A stretch of 64,000 nt of DNA from Octopus vulgaris (lineage: Eukaryota). Positions 13,834 to 27,669 of this stretch are shown piece by piece; the first letter of the stretch is position 1, and every line of letters starts with the position of its first letter. The stretch is from the NCBI GenBank assembly GCA_951406725.2, contig OX597815.1:109926001-109990000 (forward strand), given 5' to 3'. Made by a program: the position numbers and the translations under genes. Under the pieces are notes generated by a model. The model saw only the letters and a list, made by a program, of their open reading frames with translations. It was not told where the DNA came from and searched no databases.

Positions 13834-14554
13834 ATGTATATATGTATGTATGTTTGTATTGAGTGGAGAAGTAAAGTGACCAAGAGAGAGAACCTGGTCG
13901 AGTATGATACTGGATTAAAGAGACGGATTATAGCCAAATGGTGCTAGATAATCACTTTTAAACATTTCTCTTAGTTCTGGAGTCTTTTAGGCAGATTTTT
14001 AATGAATGCCTCAACATGCGCTTCGTATACGACTTAAAAGCCGAAAATCTCTTAGACTTAAAGGTTTAAAGTAAGCTTTTCATAGCCGACTCTGTATAAT
14101 TCTAACTAAGGCTAAACACTCTTTTTCTTTTCATATAAATTGCCTATCGTGGCAGCGGCGGAAATGCCTTTTTGTTAGTGTCAAATGTTACGTAAACTAA
14201 TGGCTGTACAGGAAGGAAGAAACATATAACCAAACCATATAATACGTTAAGGTTTATTTCTACAGCAAACGCTGTTACACTGAGTATACAAGCAGATTTT
14301 ATCATAGATGGATCTCTCTCTAACCCTCTCTTTTCCTCTCTACTCCTCTCTCTCTCTCTTACTACTCTTCCCCCTGTAAGTCCGTGTACGTCTATACAAG
14401 CACACACACATAATATATTCCGGAAAATTTAATATACATGTGCAAAAAGCATGCCGGATTATATATCGATCCATCTCTCTATCCATTTGTCTGTCTGTCA
14501 ATCTATCTATCTATCATCTATATGCACATGCATCTCTGTATATATCTACATACA

Positions 14555-14613
<59 letters not shown>

Positions 14614-14666
14614 CATACACACAGATATATACTATATATGCGTATATATATATATACTATATATAC

Positions 14667-14707
<41 letters not shown>

Positions 14708-14710
<3 letters not shown>

Positions 14711-14860
14711 CTTACCTTTTCCTATGTTTCTGACGAAGAGCTCCGCTCGAAACGTTAAATCCTCCTTCTTTCCTTCTTTCATGAGCGTCCAATAATACTA
14801 TACTTGTTCCACGTCCTCGTGTTGTTGTGTTTTCTCTGTGTTTTCATGTTTGGATTAACT
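14708..14860 (+). mobile_element. Penelope-like terminal (pLTR) fragment in (TA)n
   Basis: Homologous to 59018-59233, contains a minimal hammerhead, and is flanked by TA-rich microsatellite. Confidence 0.7.
14726..14760 (+). ncRNA. Minimal type I hammerhead ribozyme (PLE type)
   Basis: GTTT-CTGACGA-A-GAGC-TCC-GCTC-GAAA-CG-TT-AAAT, with palindromic ACGT at helix III. Confidence 0.7.
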
Positions 14861-15129
14861 ATATGTATGTATGTACGTATGTATGTATGTATGTATGTAT
14901 GTATGTATGTATGTATGTATGTATGTATGTATGCATGTATATATGTATGCATGTATGTATGTATGTATGTATGTATGTATGTACGTATGTATGTATGTAT
15001 GGATGTATGTATGTATATGAAGACAACTCTCTAGCAATGATATGATATGGGCTTCTGTATATGGGGATTATTCACTGTATATTTTTTTGCATGAAATTAT
15101 GGTGGGTCTAAAAGCCGAAATACACAAAT

Positions 15130-15720
15130 ATCACAGGAAATGCATTCCTCGTGGATTGGTTTATAGTTGACGAGACTCGTTTTCATCCAACTTAAGAAAA
15201 GTACAGTGCCAGACATAATATTTCCAACAGAGGGCGGCTCATTTTAGACAATGATTCAAGCCACTCAGTGAATTAAATGAGCTTTCTGATAATGTGATAG
15301 TAGAATAAATCCTAAGGAATACAATCTTGTTGCTCCAACCAATGGATGAAAGTACGATAGCTAACTTCAAAGTGCATTATCTGAGAGGCACTTTGAAGCA
15401 ACTTTTGAAAGCGATTGAGATGATAAACTTTCAATTTGAGATTTTTGGAAGAAGTTGCGCGCAATGAATGCTGTGGACGACATAGCTGAGTGAAGATATG
15501 AAGTGAAACCCACAACTTTGAATAGTGCTTGGGAAAATATATGGTCAGGTAGTATCCATCACTTAACATTTTTCCACTAGCAGAAAGTCTACATCGAATT
15601 CAGAGAGTTATAGTGACAATTGCAAATGATGTAGGAGTTGAGGAAGTGATAGAGGTTCATGTGGCTGACGCTGTTAGAACAAGAGCAACCCAGTGAATAA
15701 AGATGAGAATACGGAAATTC
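15130..15720 (+). pseudogene. Decayed pogo/Tigger transposase fragment
   Basis: Reads LILDNDSSH (~15238) and NTILLLQPMDESTIANFKVHYLRGTL (~15318), matching the pogo DN..H and QPMD..I..FK..Y motifs. Confidence 0.75.
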
Positions 15721-15975
15721 TTATGTGGATTTGTTGGAACAAATCCATAAGAATTGGCAGTCATAAAGTAAGGACTGCACAGCGTGATGAAAAACACCAA
15801 ACAATTTTCTCTAAGTTCTTCGTCCCTCAAGACTGTTAAAGACAGTGTCCCTTATTATTCCAGTAACTTTCATTCCATCACCTTCGAACAATAGTCAACA
15901 TGTCGCTCTTTTTTTTTTTGCTGTATAAACGTATCCTATTACGATGTTTCTTTTCATTATTTATTCCTTACAATA

Positions 15976-16058
15976 TGGCGGCGAGCTGGCAGAATTGTTA
16001 GCACTCCGTGCAAAATGCTTACCGGCATTTCGTCCGTCTTTACATTCTAAGTTCAAAA
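15976..16058 (+). mobile_element. SINE family B, 5' part
   Basis: ggcggcgagctggcagaattgttagcac...aagttcaaa. Confidence 0.8.
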
Positions 16059-16754
16059 TTACGCATCTGTGGTGCCACAGAGATTCAGAAGTTCCAATAC
16101 CCGTTGAAATATAAAGCACATGCAAAAGATAGATCACTCATAAAATTAAAACGAAGACATTACATTAAACTTTAAAGAAAAAAAATCCACAGAATTTTAG
16201 TGCTTTTCAAAATCAATGGAGATGGAATTTACCTGTCGTTTTGTTCATTCTTCCGGGGCATGAAGTTAATAACTCTCAATGGCAGTAGCTCGACGGAAAT
16301 TGACAACATTTTACATCAAACGATTATAATTTTGAGGAACACCTGAAAGTGCTCATCTTCAGAAAATATTCTAATTCTAATACACTTCCAGTCTTCAAAA
16401 CACACGAAGATAAACATATTTGTGAATTACTAACGGAGAAATGTACAAAATGACAGGAGAATTTGATGGCATTTACAGAAAACATTTTGACTACGTTTAC
16501 TCTTTCCTGTTTCCTCTTTCTTTTTTTCTTTTTTCCTTGTTACCAGTAATGGAAAAGCGAAAACTGATTATGTCGTTATCTTTAACAAGGATTTCAGAAT
16601 ATCCCTGTTCACATTTTCAATCCAATGAAAACAGATTTACTTGTACTATCGAAATATCGCTCAGTTTCATAAATCTCTGTTTATTACAAATCGTATCGAG
16701 CTCTTCTTATTACTTAATAGCATTATTATTATTATTTGTTATTATTAATTTTAA

Positions 16755-16955
16755 AGCGGTGAGCTTGTAGAATCGTTAGTACGTTGGTAAAATGCTTGTC
16801 AGCATTTAGTCCGTCTTTGTGTTCTGAGCTCAAATTCTGCTGAGGTCGATTTTGCTTTTCATCCTATCGGGATCGATAAAATAAGTACAAGGGACAGTAC
16901 AATCGACTTACTCACTCCCAGAAATTGTTAACCCTGTACCAAAAACTCGAAATCA
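16755..16955 (+). mobile_element. SINE family B
   Basis: Head plus Nin-like ttttcatcctatcgggatcgataaaataagtac. Confidence 0.8.
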
Positions 16956-16957
16956 TT

Positions 16958-17207
16958 ATTATCTCCGCCTTAGTGAAGGCGGAGGTATTGCTTTTCAGTC
17001 GTGTTTGTTTGTTTATTTGTCCGTGGACAAGATATCTCATGAACGACTGGATGGATTCCGATGAAATTTTCAGAGATATTTGGTTTTGTGACTGGCATGA
17101 ACTGATTAAATTTTGGGATCGATCTGGAACCGGACAAAGATTTTGGATTATTTTTCCTGTTTTTCTACTTAATTTTTAGGAGCGGTCATGTTCATTTTTA
17201 ATATTCT
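16958..17207 (+). mobile_element. Helentron-associated (HINE/DINE-1-like) element, 5' part
   Basis: Terminal hairpin ctccgcctt-agtg-aaggcggag, then a (gttt)n/gtcc microsatellite and tggattccgatgaaattt. This layout resembles HINEs. Confidence 0.5.
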
Positions 17208-17246
17208 CATTTGTGAGAGCAGTCGAGTTTATTATTATTATTTTTA

Positions 17247-17445
17247 AGGCGGCGACCAGGTGGAATCGTTACCAGGCCAGGCAACATGCTTAGTCTAATT
17301 TCTTCCCACTTGACATTGTGTTCAAATACCACCAGAGTCGACTTTGCCTTTCGTCCTTTCGATTTTCTTAAAATAAATACCAGTTGAGCGATGTATAGTC
17401 GACTCTTTCCTCCCACGAAATCGCTGGACCTGTGCAAAATTTGAC
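17247..17445 (+). mobile_element. SINE family B
   Basis: aaggcggcgaccaggtggaatcgttacc...gtcgactttgcctttcgtcctttc. Confidence 0.8.
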
Positions 17446-17925
17446 ATTGTTGTAGTTGGTGGTGGTGGTGGTGGTAGAGTTGATGATATCGTCAGCATCA
17501 TTAATCAACATCATCATTTCAAACAATTGATGGTTTAACAAGTCGCAGTGACCTAATGTGTCAGATCCGAATGAATAAATAAATTATATTGCATGTGGGT
17601 ACGATTTCTCCAGTTTATATAGCTATAAACACAGATACACAGGCACACAATCTCGCAAAGACACACACACTTATGTCTAAGTTGTGTGCACATGTAAATG
17701 CACATGTGTGTTTATAATTGCTTGAAAGTATAAAGTAATGTATATTTCGCATACAAAGAACATAAATATAGTGTTGGGCTTCGTAAAACACGAAGCGTAT
17801 GCCTTTGTATTCGTCGCTTCTTTTTTATGCCAATTAATTACTTCAATTTCAGCGTTTATTTAGCCAATAAAAAGATTCCTTCTCTCTCTCTTGTACATAC
17901 ATACATACATACGTACATACATACA

Positions 17926-17970
<45 letters not shown>

Positions 17971-17971
17971 G

Positions 17972-18076
<105 letters not shown>

Positions 18077-18604
18077 ATATATATGCATGTATGTATCTAT
18101 GTATTTATGTATGCAAGCATACGTGTGTGTATATTTTTGTATTAGTCTGTATTTTACTCTACGTTTTACGTGCATCTATCTTCCCATACACATTCTTTCA
18201 TTTCCTGTATTTCACCCTAGGTCCTCTTGCTCGCTATACATTTTCCTGTGCATTTCCCTCATCGGGTACTTTTTACTTTTTTAAGTTACTTGAATATCTG
18301 TACAGTGTCCCTGGAGAAATTTCCTCTCTAATAATTTGTTTTGCTTTATTTCGTTATTTCGGGGGAAATTCTTGCAAAGGAATTTTTAGTTAAAAGTAGT
18401 TTTCAAGCCTTTGTTTTATAAATGTTCGATTAAAGCGACTGAAGAACAAACAGTTGTATGCCATTCGCTACGTTTTTGTTCTAGACACATCTAAATGTTT
18501 TGAAATTAGCTGAAAATAGAAAAACAGTACAAAATGGAAGGAAATGTATCGAACGCCATATTAAAATATAACGTTAGCAACATCAGCAACACCACCAACC
18601 ACAA

Positions 18605-19041
18605 AAGAAGAAGAAGAAGAAGAAGAAGAAGAAGAAGAAGAAGAAGAAGAAGAAGAAGAAGAAGAAGAAGAAGAAGAAGAAGAAGAAGAAGAAGAAGAAG
18701 AAGAAGAAGAAGAAGAAGACGAAGACGAAGAAGACGAAGAAGAAAGCGAAGGAGGAGGAAGAACAGGAGAGGAGGAGGAGGAGGAGGAGGAGGAGGAGAA
18801 GAAGGAGGAGGAGGAGGCGGAGGAGGCGGAGGAGGCGGAGGAGGCGGAGGAGGCGGAGGAGGCGGAGGAGGCGGAGGAGGCAGAGGAAGACGAGGGGAAG
18901 ATGGATTTGAGAGGCGGGGTGGGGAGAAGGAGGAGGAGAAGAAGGGGAGAAAATGGACCAAAAGGATTATGAAGAAATGATGAAGAAGATGGAGAAGCTG
19001 CACGACGAAGAGTCGAAAGGAGCGGGTAATGACGATGGTTA

Positions 19042-19073
<32 letters not shown>

Positions 19074-19158
19074 ATTAGTATCAACAGCAATAGTGTTAGT
19101 AATAGTCGTGGTAGAATTAGAAGTAGCAACAGCAGCAACACTAATGGTGGTGGTGGTG

Positions 19159-19208
<50 letters not shown>

Positions 19209-19558
19209 TCTCTGAAATAGCACCAACCTACGCAGTTTGAACGGGACGATGATAACGATGATGATGATGGCGACGAGGACGACGACGGCGATGAGAACAA
19301 CTGATGATTGAAAGTGACGATTTCCATGACATTGATGACGATGATGACCATGATGATGAAGATGGTGATGACGATGATGATGATGGTGATGATGATGATG
19401 ATGACGAAGACGACGACGATGATGGTGATGATGACGATGGTGATGGTGATGATGATGATAATGATGATGATGATGATGATGATGATGACGAAGAAGAAGA
19501 AGAAGAAGAAGAAGAAGAAGAAGAAGAAGAAGAAGAAGAAGAAGAAGAAGAAGAAAAA

Positions 19559-19598
<40 letters not shown>

Positions 19599-19620
19599 GC
19601 GACGATGACGATGGTGATTA
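18605..19620. repeat. Compound (GAA)n/(GGA)n/(GGAGGAGGC)n/(GAT)n/(GGT)n/(GTA)n arrays
   Basis: Direct inspection. Confidence 0.95.
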
Positions 19621-20305
19621 AAAGGTCAGTACAAGAAAGAGCGAAATGAAAGAGATATTAAGCGAAGAAATTAACGGAAAAATGTGGCAGCAGCGGCAGC
19701 AGCGGCAGCAGCGGCAGCAGCGGCAGCAGCGGCAGCAGCAGTAGCAGCAGCAACAATGAAAACAACAACATCAAATAACAACAACAGCATCAATAACAAC
19801 AACAAACTGCATAAGAACACCAAGAAATGCTGCAATGAAATGCTATAAGATTTGTAAGATATGTGGGTGGCACAGGGAGGAGAGGCGTGAAAATAATAAT
19901 AGGAGGCTGTCAAGTATGGCAGCCAAGCCATATTGTAATACAGTGAGGAAGTGAAAGAGGAGAAATGGAAAGAAAGATGGGAAAATACGCGAAATGAAAC
20001 CGGCGAAATACACATACACACATACGCACTCACTCACACACACACACACAAACATACCCATACATACATACATACAGAGGCACACGCACATATACATACA
20101 CACACGCATATATATACACATACGCGCACACACATACACATACATATATATGCATACACACACATATATGCACGCACACACACACATATATATGTATACA
20201 TATATACATACACACACACATATATATATATACATATATATGAACACACACATATTTTTGCATATATCTTGTATATATATGTGAGAGAGTGTGTATATAT
20301 GTATA

Positions 20306-20378
<73 letters not shown>

Positions 20379-20561
20379 TTATATATTATACAAATGAAAC
20401 ATATAAAAATATAAAATTTACATGCGCGCACACACAAATGATATATGTATATATGCATCCCCCTCTCTCTATCTATCTATCTCACATGTGTGTGTATACC
20501 GCTTATATGTATGTATGTATAGGAGTGCATTATATGTGTGCATGTATGCATGCATGTATAC

Positions 20562-20612
<51 letters not shown>

Positions 20613-21565
20613 CATGGTTTTTCTAAATATGCATTGTGGTCTGTATATGATGACGTATACGCAGATGTTTGTGCGTACTATGTATATACGTATGAGTTTG
20701 TGCGCTAATGCGCGCGGTAGAATAAAAGTGTGTGAAAGAGAGAGGGGGAGAGAAATAGAAAGAAAGAGACAAGAAATGCAGAGAGTGTGTGTACGCCCAT
20801 ACGTATATACATGTGTCTGTGAGTGTGCGTGTGCGTGTGGTGTGGATGCGGATGTGTGAGTGGGATTCTCCTTTAAGTTAAAGTGTGTTCTTATGAACGA
20901 AAGAGAGTGAGTTATGACTATATATATGAATGTAATTGTGTGTATGTATATATCAATGTTTGACTATGTGTGTATGTATATATTAATGTGTAACTATGTG
21001 TGTGTATGTGCGCGTGCGTACGTACGTCCGTGTGTGTGTGTGTGAAATATTTTCGTTAAACTTCCCCCACCTTCCCCATTCCAACGTTACGCACAGCTAT
21101 AATTAATGCCCTTCTGTAATCATGGATTTTAATCACAGAACAAACTCACATAGACGGAATAGAAGAAATTACTTGAAGAATCTAATCCAGGAGATATAAT
21201 TACTGACCGTGGGTTAGGTGGGAAAATCTGCTAGTTCTGTGGGTGGGTGACGATACAGGCAAGTATAACTGACTGTACAGGTTTTGTTAAGAAATTGTCG
21301 AAGACATTCCGAGCCCTTCAGCTTTATTTTACGTTTTCTGATTGAGTATGTATCTGTACAAATGCATACATATATGCGTATATGTGTAAACTTATGTGTA
21401 AATGTATATAGGATTGTGTAGACGGATAGATGCGTGCATTTTTAATATCAACGCATGTGTATGTTTGAAGGACTTTATGTAGAACTGGTGTAGGCATGTA
21501 AATATGTAGTTGCGCTTTCCATATAATATTTGCTATTTATACATTAAAGAAGACATATCCATACA

Positions 21566-21950
21566 TATGTATGTGTGCATGTATGTATGTATGTATGCAT
21601 GCATGCATGCATGTATGTATGTATGTATGTATGTATGTATGTATGTATGTATGTATGTATGTATGTGTGTGTGTGTCTATATATGTATGTATATATGCAT
21701 GCATGCATGCATGTATGTATGTATGTATGTATGCATGTATGCATGTATGTATGTATGTATGTGTGTGTATGTATGTATGTATGTATGTATGTATGTGTAT
21801 GTAAGTATGTATGTATGTATCTATGTATGTATACATGTATGTATGTATGTATGTATGTATGTATGTATGTATGTAGTATGTATGTATGTATGTATGTATG
21901 TATGTATGTATGTATGTATGTATGCATGTATGTATGTATGTATGTATATA
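21566..21950. repeat. (TATG)n
   Basis: Direct inspection. Confidence 0.95.
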
Positions 21951-23599
21951 AGTTCGTTCAATGTGTGCATACATACATATCTATGTATAAACATTGCAGA
22001 ATCTCGTCTGATAATACACATACGCACACAAATATAGAGACGAACGGAAACACCCACTCACACAAACATATACATATACACAAACATAATCACACCGGCA
22101 CACATATATACAAACACACACAAACACATATATAAATAGGTACATACACGTACATATTGTGTATGTCATTGGGTTGATGGTAATAAATCTAGTAACACAT
22201 ATTTGTATAAATCCTTTAACACTGCACGTACTTTACTGAATCTTTATAAAAACGTCACAACGAACCATATCTTAGCTATGGAAGTATACGATTTTTGTTG
22301 ATATAAATAGCGGCATATAACTTTTGCTATTCTAAGAGTACAATATTAACTTATCTGATGTAATGAGTACTAAGTGGTTCATTAGAAACATGAACACAAC
22401 CCGATTGTGTGATTAAAAAGATGGCTTAGCAACTAATTGTTTTCTGGTTCCATCTCACCCTATGAAACTTTGTGTAAGTATGTTGTATTATGGCAGCAGA
22501 CTGAGTGAAATTTTGGGGGCAGAGGCTCTGTGGGATTTCCTTGGAACACAGGTTTCTGTTATTGGGTGACAGATACAATTGAACTCCCAGTTTCACACAA
22601 CCGGCTGGGGTTTAGATGGCTTCAGATGCGGGCATGTAGATTATCTCTTCCTTTTCTCTCCCTACTCACAGCAGTATCATCTAATATATTACAGAAAATT
22701 ATCTGTGGGAAATACTAAATAAATCAAAAAGTAATAGACAATAACTAAGCATTTCGTCAAGTACAGGAGAATAATTCTTTTGAGTGCTTCGAATGTAATT
22801 ACTAAAACTGTTGTATAACAACTACTCTTTATAAGCTGACATCTTTTTCGTACGACGTATTACACAATTTTTGTATTGTATTATATATGTAGTATAGAAC
22901 ATCGAATGAACACATTCCTCGGAACACAACAAGGAAAACTCGTATAACTTAAAAAGTAATTCAGACTATCAATATAATTTTAAAATTCCAATATAGAAAA
23001 CTACACGGCGAACTTCTAACAATGCGAAAAAGGAAGGTGAAGTTAACCTTTATATATTTCAAGTACATAAGAAAGGAACGGCCATTAAACTTACATTTCT
23101 GTGCCATTCACTTTGTACCTGAAATATATGAAGGTTACGCAACTTTCCCTTTTCGTGTTGTTAGAAGCTCTCCCTCTTCAGTATTTGTTAACTAACATCT
23201 GTATAATAATGTTTCAAGGAAACTACAACACTATTCTTTCAATGTACGCAATTTCGGTGGAAGTTGTAGACTCCAGGACACAAGCTGTTGCATTGGGCAT
23301 AAAGTTATGACACTTTCTCATCGGCTGGTCAGGCACTCGTTCTAGTACAATAAGCGTAAAAGAAAGATAGATTGAAAATTATATATTAGCTGATATCACT
23401 ACAATGTGATATAGAATTTTACAAAAAAAACTTAGGATAACAACGATGAAAGTCTTCGTATTAACAAAATACAAACCAAATGCCAACGCTTATCAACATT
23501 AAGTGTAAAATAAATCCTAGAATCTGAAAGGGCTCAGCGTTGTATATTTTTAAATGGCATTGGTGATGGGTATTTTGTTAGTAAAACGGACAAAGAATA

Positions 23600-23960
23600 G
23601 AAATTGAACATAGGTCAGAAGCTGATTCCTGCTATTCAACAACTCTACACCAAGATCACCAAGAGAATACCTACAAAAGGTATCACAGGAGAGCGATTTC
23701 TTACCACTAAATGAGTGCGTCACTTGCGCCTCCTTTCCCCAATCGTCTTCAACATCTTTCTGAAGCGTATCTTGAGAGATATCCTCGAAAACCATGAGTT
23801 GATCACTATCAGTATTGGAGGCAGGAATATCACAAAATCTAAGATTAACTGATGACTTTGGTTGGCTGGAAGGAAGGGAAGCTGAGCTGATTGAATTGAT
23901 CCAATAAACCGTGATAGAGATTTTACCAAGTGTGGGAAGAAAATCAATTCTGAAAATACC
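23600..23960 (+). pseudogene. RTE-clade LINE reverse transcriptase fragment
   Basis: Reads VRHLRLLSPIVFNIFLKRILRDILENHE...ISIGGRNITKS...DD with frameshifts, resembling RTE GVRQGCLLSP.LFNIFLE.I and SIGGR.ITNLRFADD. Confidence 0.7.
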
Positions 23961-24107
23961 AAACTTATGACATGTCAAAAATGTTGTCTCTGTACGATGA
24001 CTAGAAGACATAGGGAGAACATTTTAATGATAAAAATTCAAGGCTTAAAATCCTCGTAAGAATCTACACAAGGAATAACTGCATTAATTCATCTAAAACC
24101 AATATAA

Positions 24108-24318
24108 AGCGGCGAGCCGGCAGAATCGTTAGCACGCCGGACAAATGCTTATTGGCATTTTATCCGTCTTCACTTTCTGAGTTCAATTTCCCCTGAGTTC
24201 GCCTTTGCTTTTCATCCATTCTAGATCGATAAAATAAGCACCAGCTGAACACTGGGTACGAAGTAATCGATTTAATCCCGCCCCCTAAATTTTTAGCCTC
24301 GTACCAAAATTTGAAATC
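24108..24318 (+). mobile_element. SINE family B, near full length
   Basis: gcggcgagccggcagaatcgttagcacgccgg...gtaccaaaatttgaaat. Confidence 0.85.
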
Positions 24319-24574
24319 AATCTTAAACTCATATCGACAAATAAGACATCTCTTTGAACAAGAATATCAGATTCCGGCGCGCACTGGTACTTTCTGTCTT
24401 CCTCTACGCATGCATGGCATAAGCGCTAACAGAAAGATACAGATATTGGAAATTAGAAGCTACAGCAATATCTTCTGTATTTCGTACTTGCAACACATCT
24501 CGAATTAGTGGGTTCACGAAACCATTAAACATCGCATTGACTCCTAAGAACTCGCAACGGTGAACAAAAAACAA

Positions 24575-24673
24575 GCAACTGTCCCACAATGTGGCACCTT
24601 GGGTAAGTGTCTTCTACTACAGTCTCGTGCCGACCAAAGCTTTGTGAGTGAATTTGGTTGACGGAACTCTGAA
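24575..24673 (+). mobile_element. SINE family A fragment
   Basis: gtggcaccttgggtaagtgtcttctactac...gaatttggttgacggaa. Confidence 0.75.
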
Positions 24674-25047
24674 CATGAAACCAATGGTAGCATGGTTTAC
24701 CCCCAAAATGAAGAATATTCAACCACGAATGCGGAGTCCAGCACTCATTCTCACTGTTCGGAAGCATATACTTTAAATATATGTGGTTGTTTACACACAC
24801 ACACACACACACTCACACACACACACATATCCCAAAACTAAGGAATGTATATTCGCGTATACAACAACAAGTTGCTAACCGTGAACTATAAAATAACCTT
24901 TTTTGAGCTTAACGTACTTCGATACGGGAAAAGTTCACAACCTTCTGCGTCAACAAACCGCTATTGTTCCTGAACATTGTCTTTTTTTTATATCTTCTAC
25001 GGACTGCTTGAAGCTCACTAACTTCCTACTCCTTCACACTTGGATCT

Positions 25048-25097
<50 letters not shown>

Positions 25098-25180
25098 CTT
25101 TACTACCCACAAGGGTCTAAACACAGAGGGGACAAACAAGGACAGACAGACAGATTAAGTCGATATATATATATATAATA

Positions 25181-25375
25181 TAGTTCAAATTTATAGAAAA
25201 GCAAAGACGAAGACAGGTGTTGGAACAACAAACAAGAGTATTAGTTTGACGCTCGGGAACAATGAAAAAGTCTTTTACGTTTCGAGACTACGCTCTTTGA
25301 CAGGAAGGAATAAGAGGAAAGAGAGAGGGAATGAAAAGCGAAAAACGTGTTGAGTTCACTGATCCAACATAGTGA
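25181..25375 (-). mobile_element. Diverged 3' terminus of the Neptune-like PLE family in (TA)n, with decayed hammerhead
   Basis: Similar to 46894-47100 (aaagacgaagacaggtg...tacgtttcgagactacgctc). Confidence 0.7.
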
Positions 25376-25408
<33 letters not shown>

Positions 25409-26469
25409 TAATAAATAAAACATATGCATATATATAAACATATATGTACGTACCTACCTCTACATGTACATATACACGCATATATGAGTACAGGACACCA
25501 AAAAGACGTCGAACACAACGAGAAACGAAAACATAGACACAAACCCAAGGAATTGGACATTTTTTTAAACAACAAAAAGTAGAGTACAGGACAATTAACA
25601 CAAAGAAAAAAAAAACCTTCTTCAGTCGCTATGGTTTCATCTACTCTACGTTCGAAGGTGAAATATATATATATATATATATACAGACATCTAAAAAATA
25701 GACACCCTTTATTTGTTACACACACTCACTACATGCACACGTATTGGAGTATTGCTGCTTCTTTAATTACGTTTAGAAAGAGCGGTGTGAGGGAGCAAGA
25801 GACAGCGAATGTTTGAGAGAAGGAGTGCGTTTTATGTAAAGAGAAGAGAGAGATCTATCAGGTGTTGTGTTTTCTTAGTGAGCCATAACGTCAAAGCCTC
25901 TTATGGTGTCGATGTAGTTAAGCTGTAACGGTTACCCAACCTTTACCGCACCAGTAGTTATTAAGATATTAATGGTCGTTATGCCTAATCAGCGTCAAAT
26001 GTTAGATTACAGTAAGATTACATATTCTGTAGAGCGCCTATCCTCAACTAGAAAGGTGAATCTCTGTTCCCACACTCTCTATTTATCTTCATCTTTTGAG
26101 TATGTGTAATATATACATACATGTATACACACATACACACATAAGTAATAGTGTGATGCGGTAAACTTCAATGAAAACAGTCGGTAAATAGGTACAAAAC
26201 ATCAAAGATGTTTTGGAGGAAAGGAATTATGGCCACGCACTGATACACATACACGAACATTCGCTTTATCTACCTGTATACATCCATAGTTTGTTTCCTC
26301 TTGCGTCACTAACTAAATTGTCACTGTTGCTTCCCGTCCATAGATTTTGCTTCTAGGAGTGTTGGTCATCTGTGCGAAACGAGCTGAAAGAAGAATTATC
26401 TCATAAAAATAGTACCAGTAGCAATGTGAACATGACACCACAACTACTACTACTACTACCACCACCACC

Positions 26470-26502
<33 letters not shown>

Positions 26503-26528
26503 GCTGCTGCTGCTACTACTACTACTAT

Positions 26529-26560
<32 letters not shown>

Positions 26561-26599
26561 ATAATAATAATAATAACGATGATGATAATGATTTAAGAT

Positions 26600-26786
26600 T
26601 TTTGTCACAAGGGCAACTTGGGAGAGGGGATCAACTCGATTACATCGACCCCATTGCGTAACTGGTAATTCTTTGACTCCGAAAAGATTAAAAGCAAGGT
26701 CGGTATCGGCGGAATTTGAACTCAGAATGTGAGGACGGATGAAATGCTTTCCCGGCATGATAACGATTCTGCCAGCTCACTGCCTT
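26600..26786 (-). mobile_element. SINE family B
   Basis: cgattacatcgacccc...ggaatttgaactcagaa...taacgattctgccagctcactgcc. Confidence 0.85.
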
Positions 26787-26950
26787 CATAATAATAATAA
26801 TGATAATGATTTCTTTAGTAACCACGCGGTTACATTAAGAAAAACATTATGGACAGCATAGGACAAAAAAAAGAAGAATGTGTGCGTGTGTGTGTATTGT
26901 TGTTGTTGTTGTTGTGAGTCTAAAAAAATTAAGAAAACACATAATAATAA

Positions 26951-27506
26951 ATGCCCAGATGCAGTACCAGGTAGTGGCTCTCATACCTTTTGATCTTAAC
27001 TGATTGGAAGTGATATCATCTAAATTGTTTTGTCTTAGTATAAAAGATGGGCTACAGCAAATATTGTGGTCAATATCACAGATTTGCTTGTCAGTTGTTT
27101 GACCGTAACCAGTTGAGCATGTCCCTTATTGGTTGACGATATATGCATCTCTGATCACGAGCTGAAGTAGTGGGGGAGCATCGTAGCTATGTGTTGAGAG
27201 GAATTATTTGTGGGTTCAATAATTCACCTGTAGAAACATGGGTGTTTTGTACGACATCCTTAAGCAACCCTTATCAGGGACTGTTTGAACGGGATGGGTT
27301 ACTCGACCAGAAGAAAATTCTAACTGGGCCCCACCTGCAAGGTCATGTCCTGTTTATCTTGATATTAGATCACCATGTCACGCACATATGGTTGTGATGT
27401 ATGTGCCTGGTGTAGCCTTATCAGACGGGTAGCCATGATAGGACTATTGGGCTTCGTATACCTATACCCCAGTGTGACTTTAATGGCATGCGCTACTCTC
27501 TCACTC
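26951..27506. mobile_element. Unclassified ~550-bp interspersed repeat in (AAT)n, copy 1
   Basis: Colinear with 30680-31226. No TIRs or credible ORF seen. Confidence 0.75.
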
Positions 27507-27669
27507 GATGTTAATAATAATAAGGGTGTGTCTCGGTGATTGATTGTAATAAACATGCATATTAAAAGTAAATAATAATAATAACAACAGCGACAACAAC
27601 ATCAACAACAACAACAACAACAGCAGCAACAACAACAGCAACAACAACAACAACAACAACAATAATAAT

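Noticed and set aside
18506-19649. Poly-R/G/D/E ORFs resembling low-complexity proteins
   Set aside because: They are pure trinucleotide arrays open in several frames, with no unique coding sequence.
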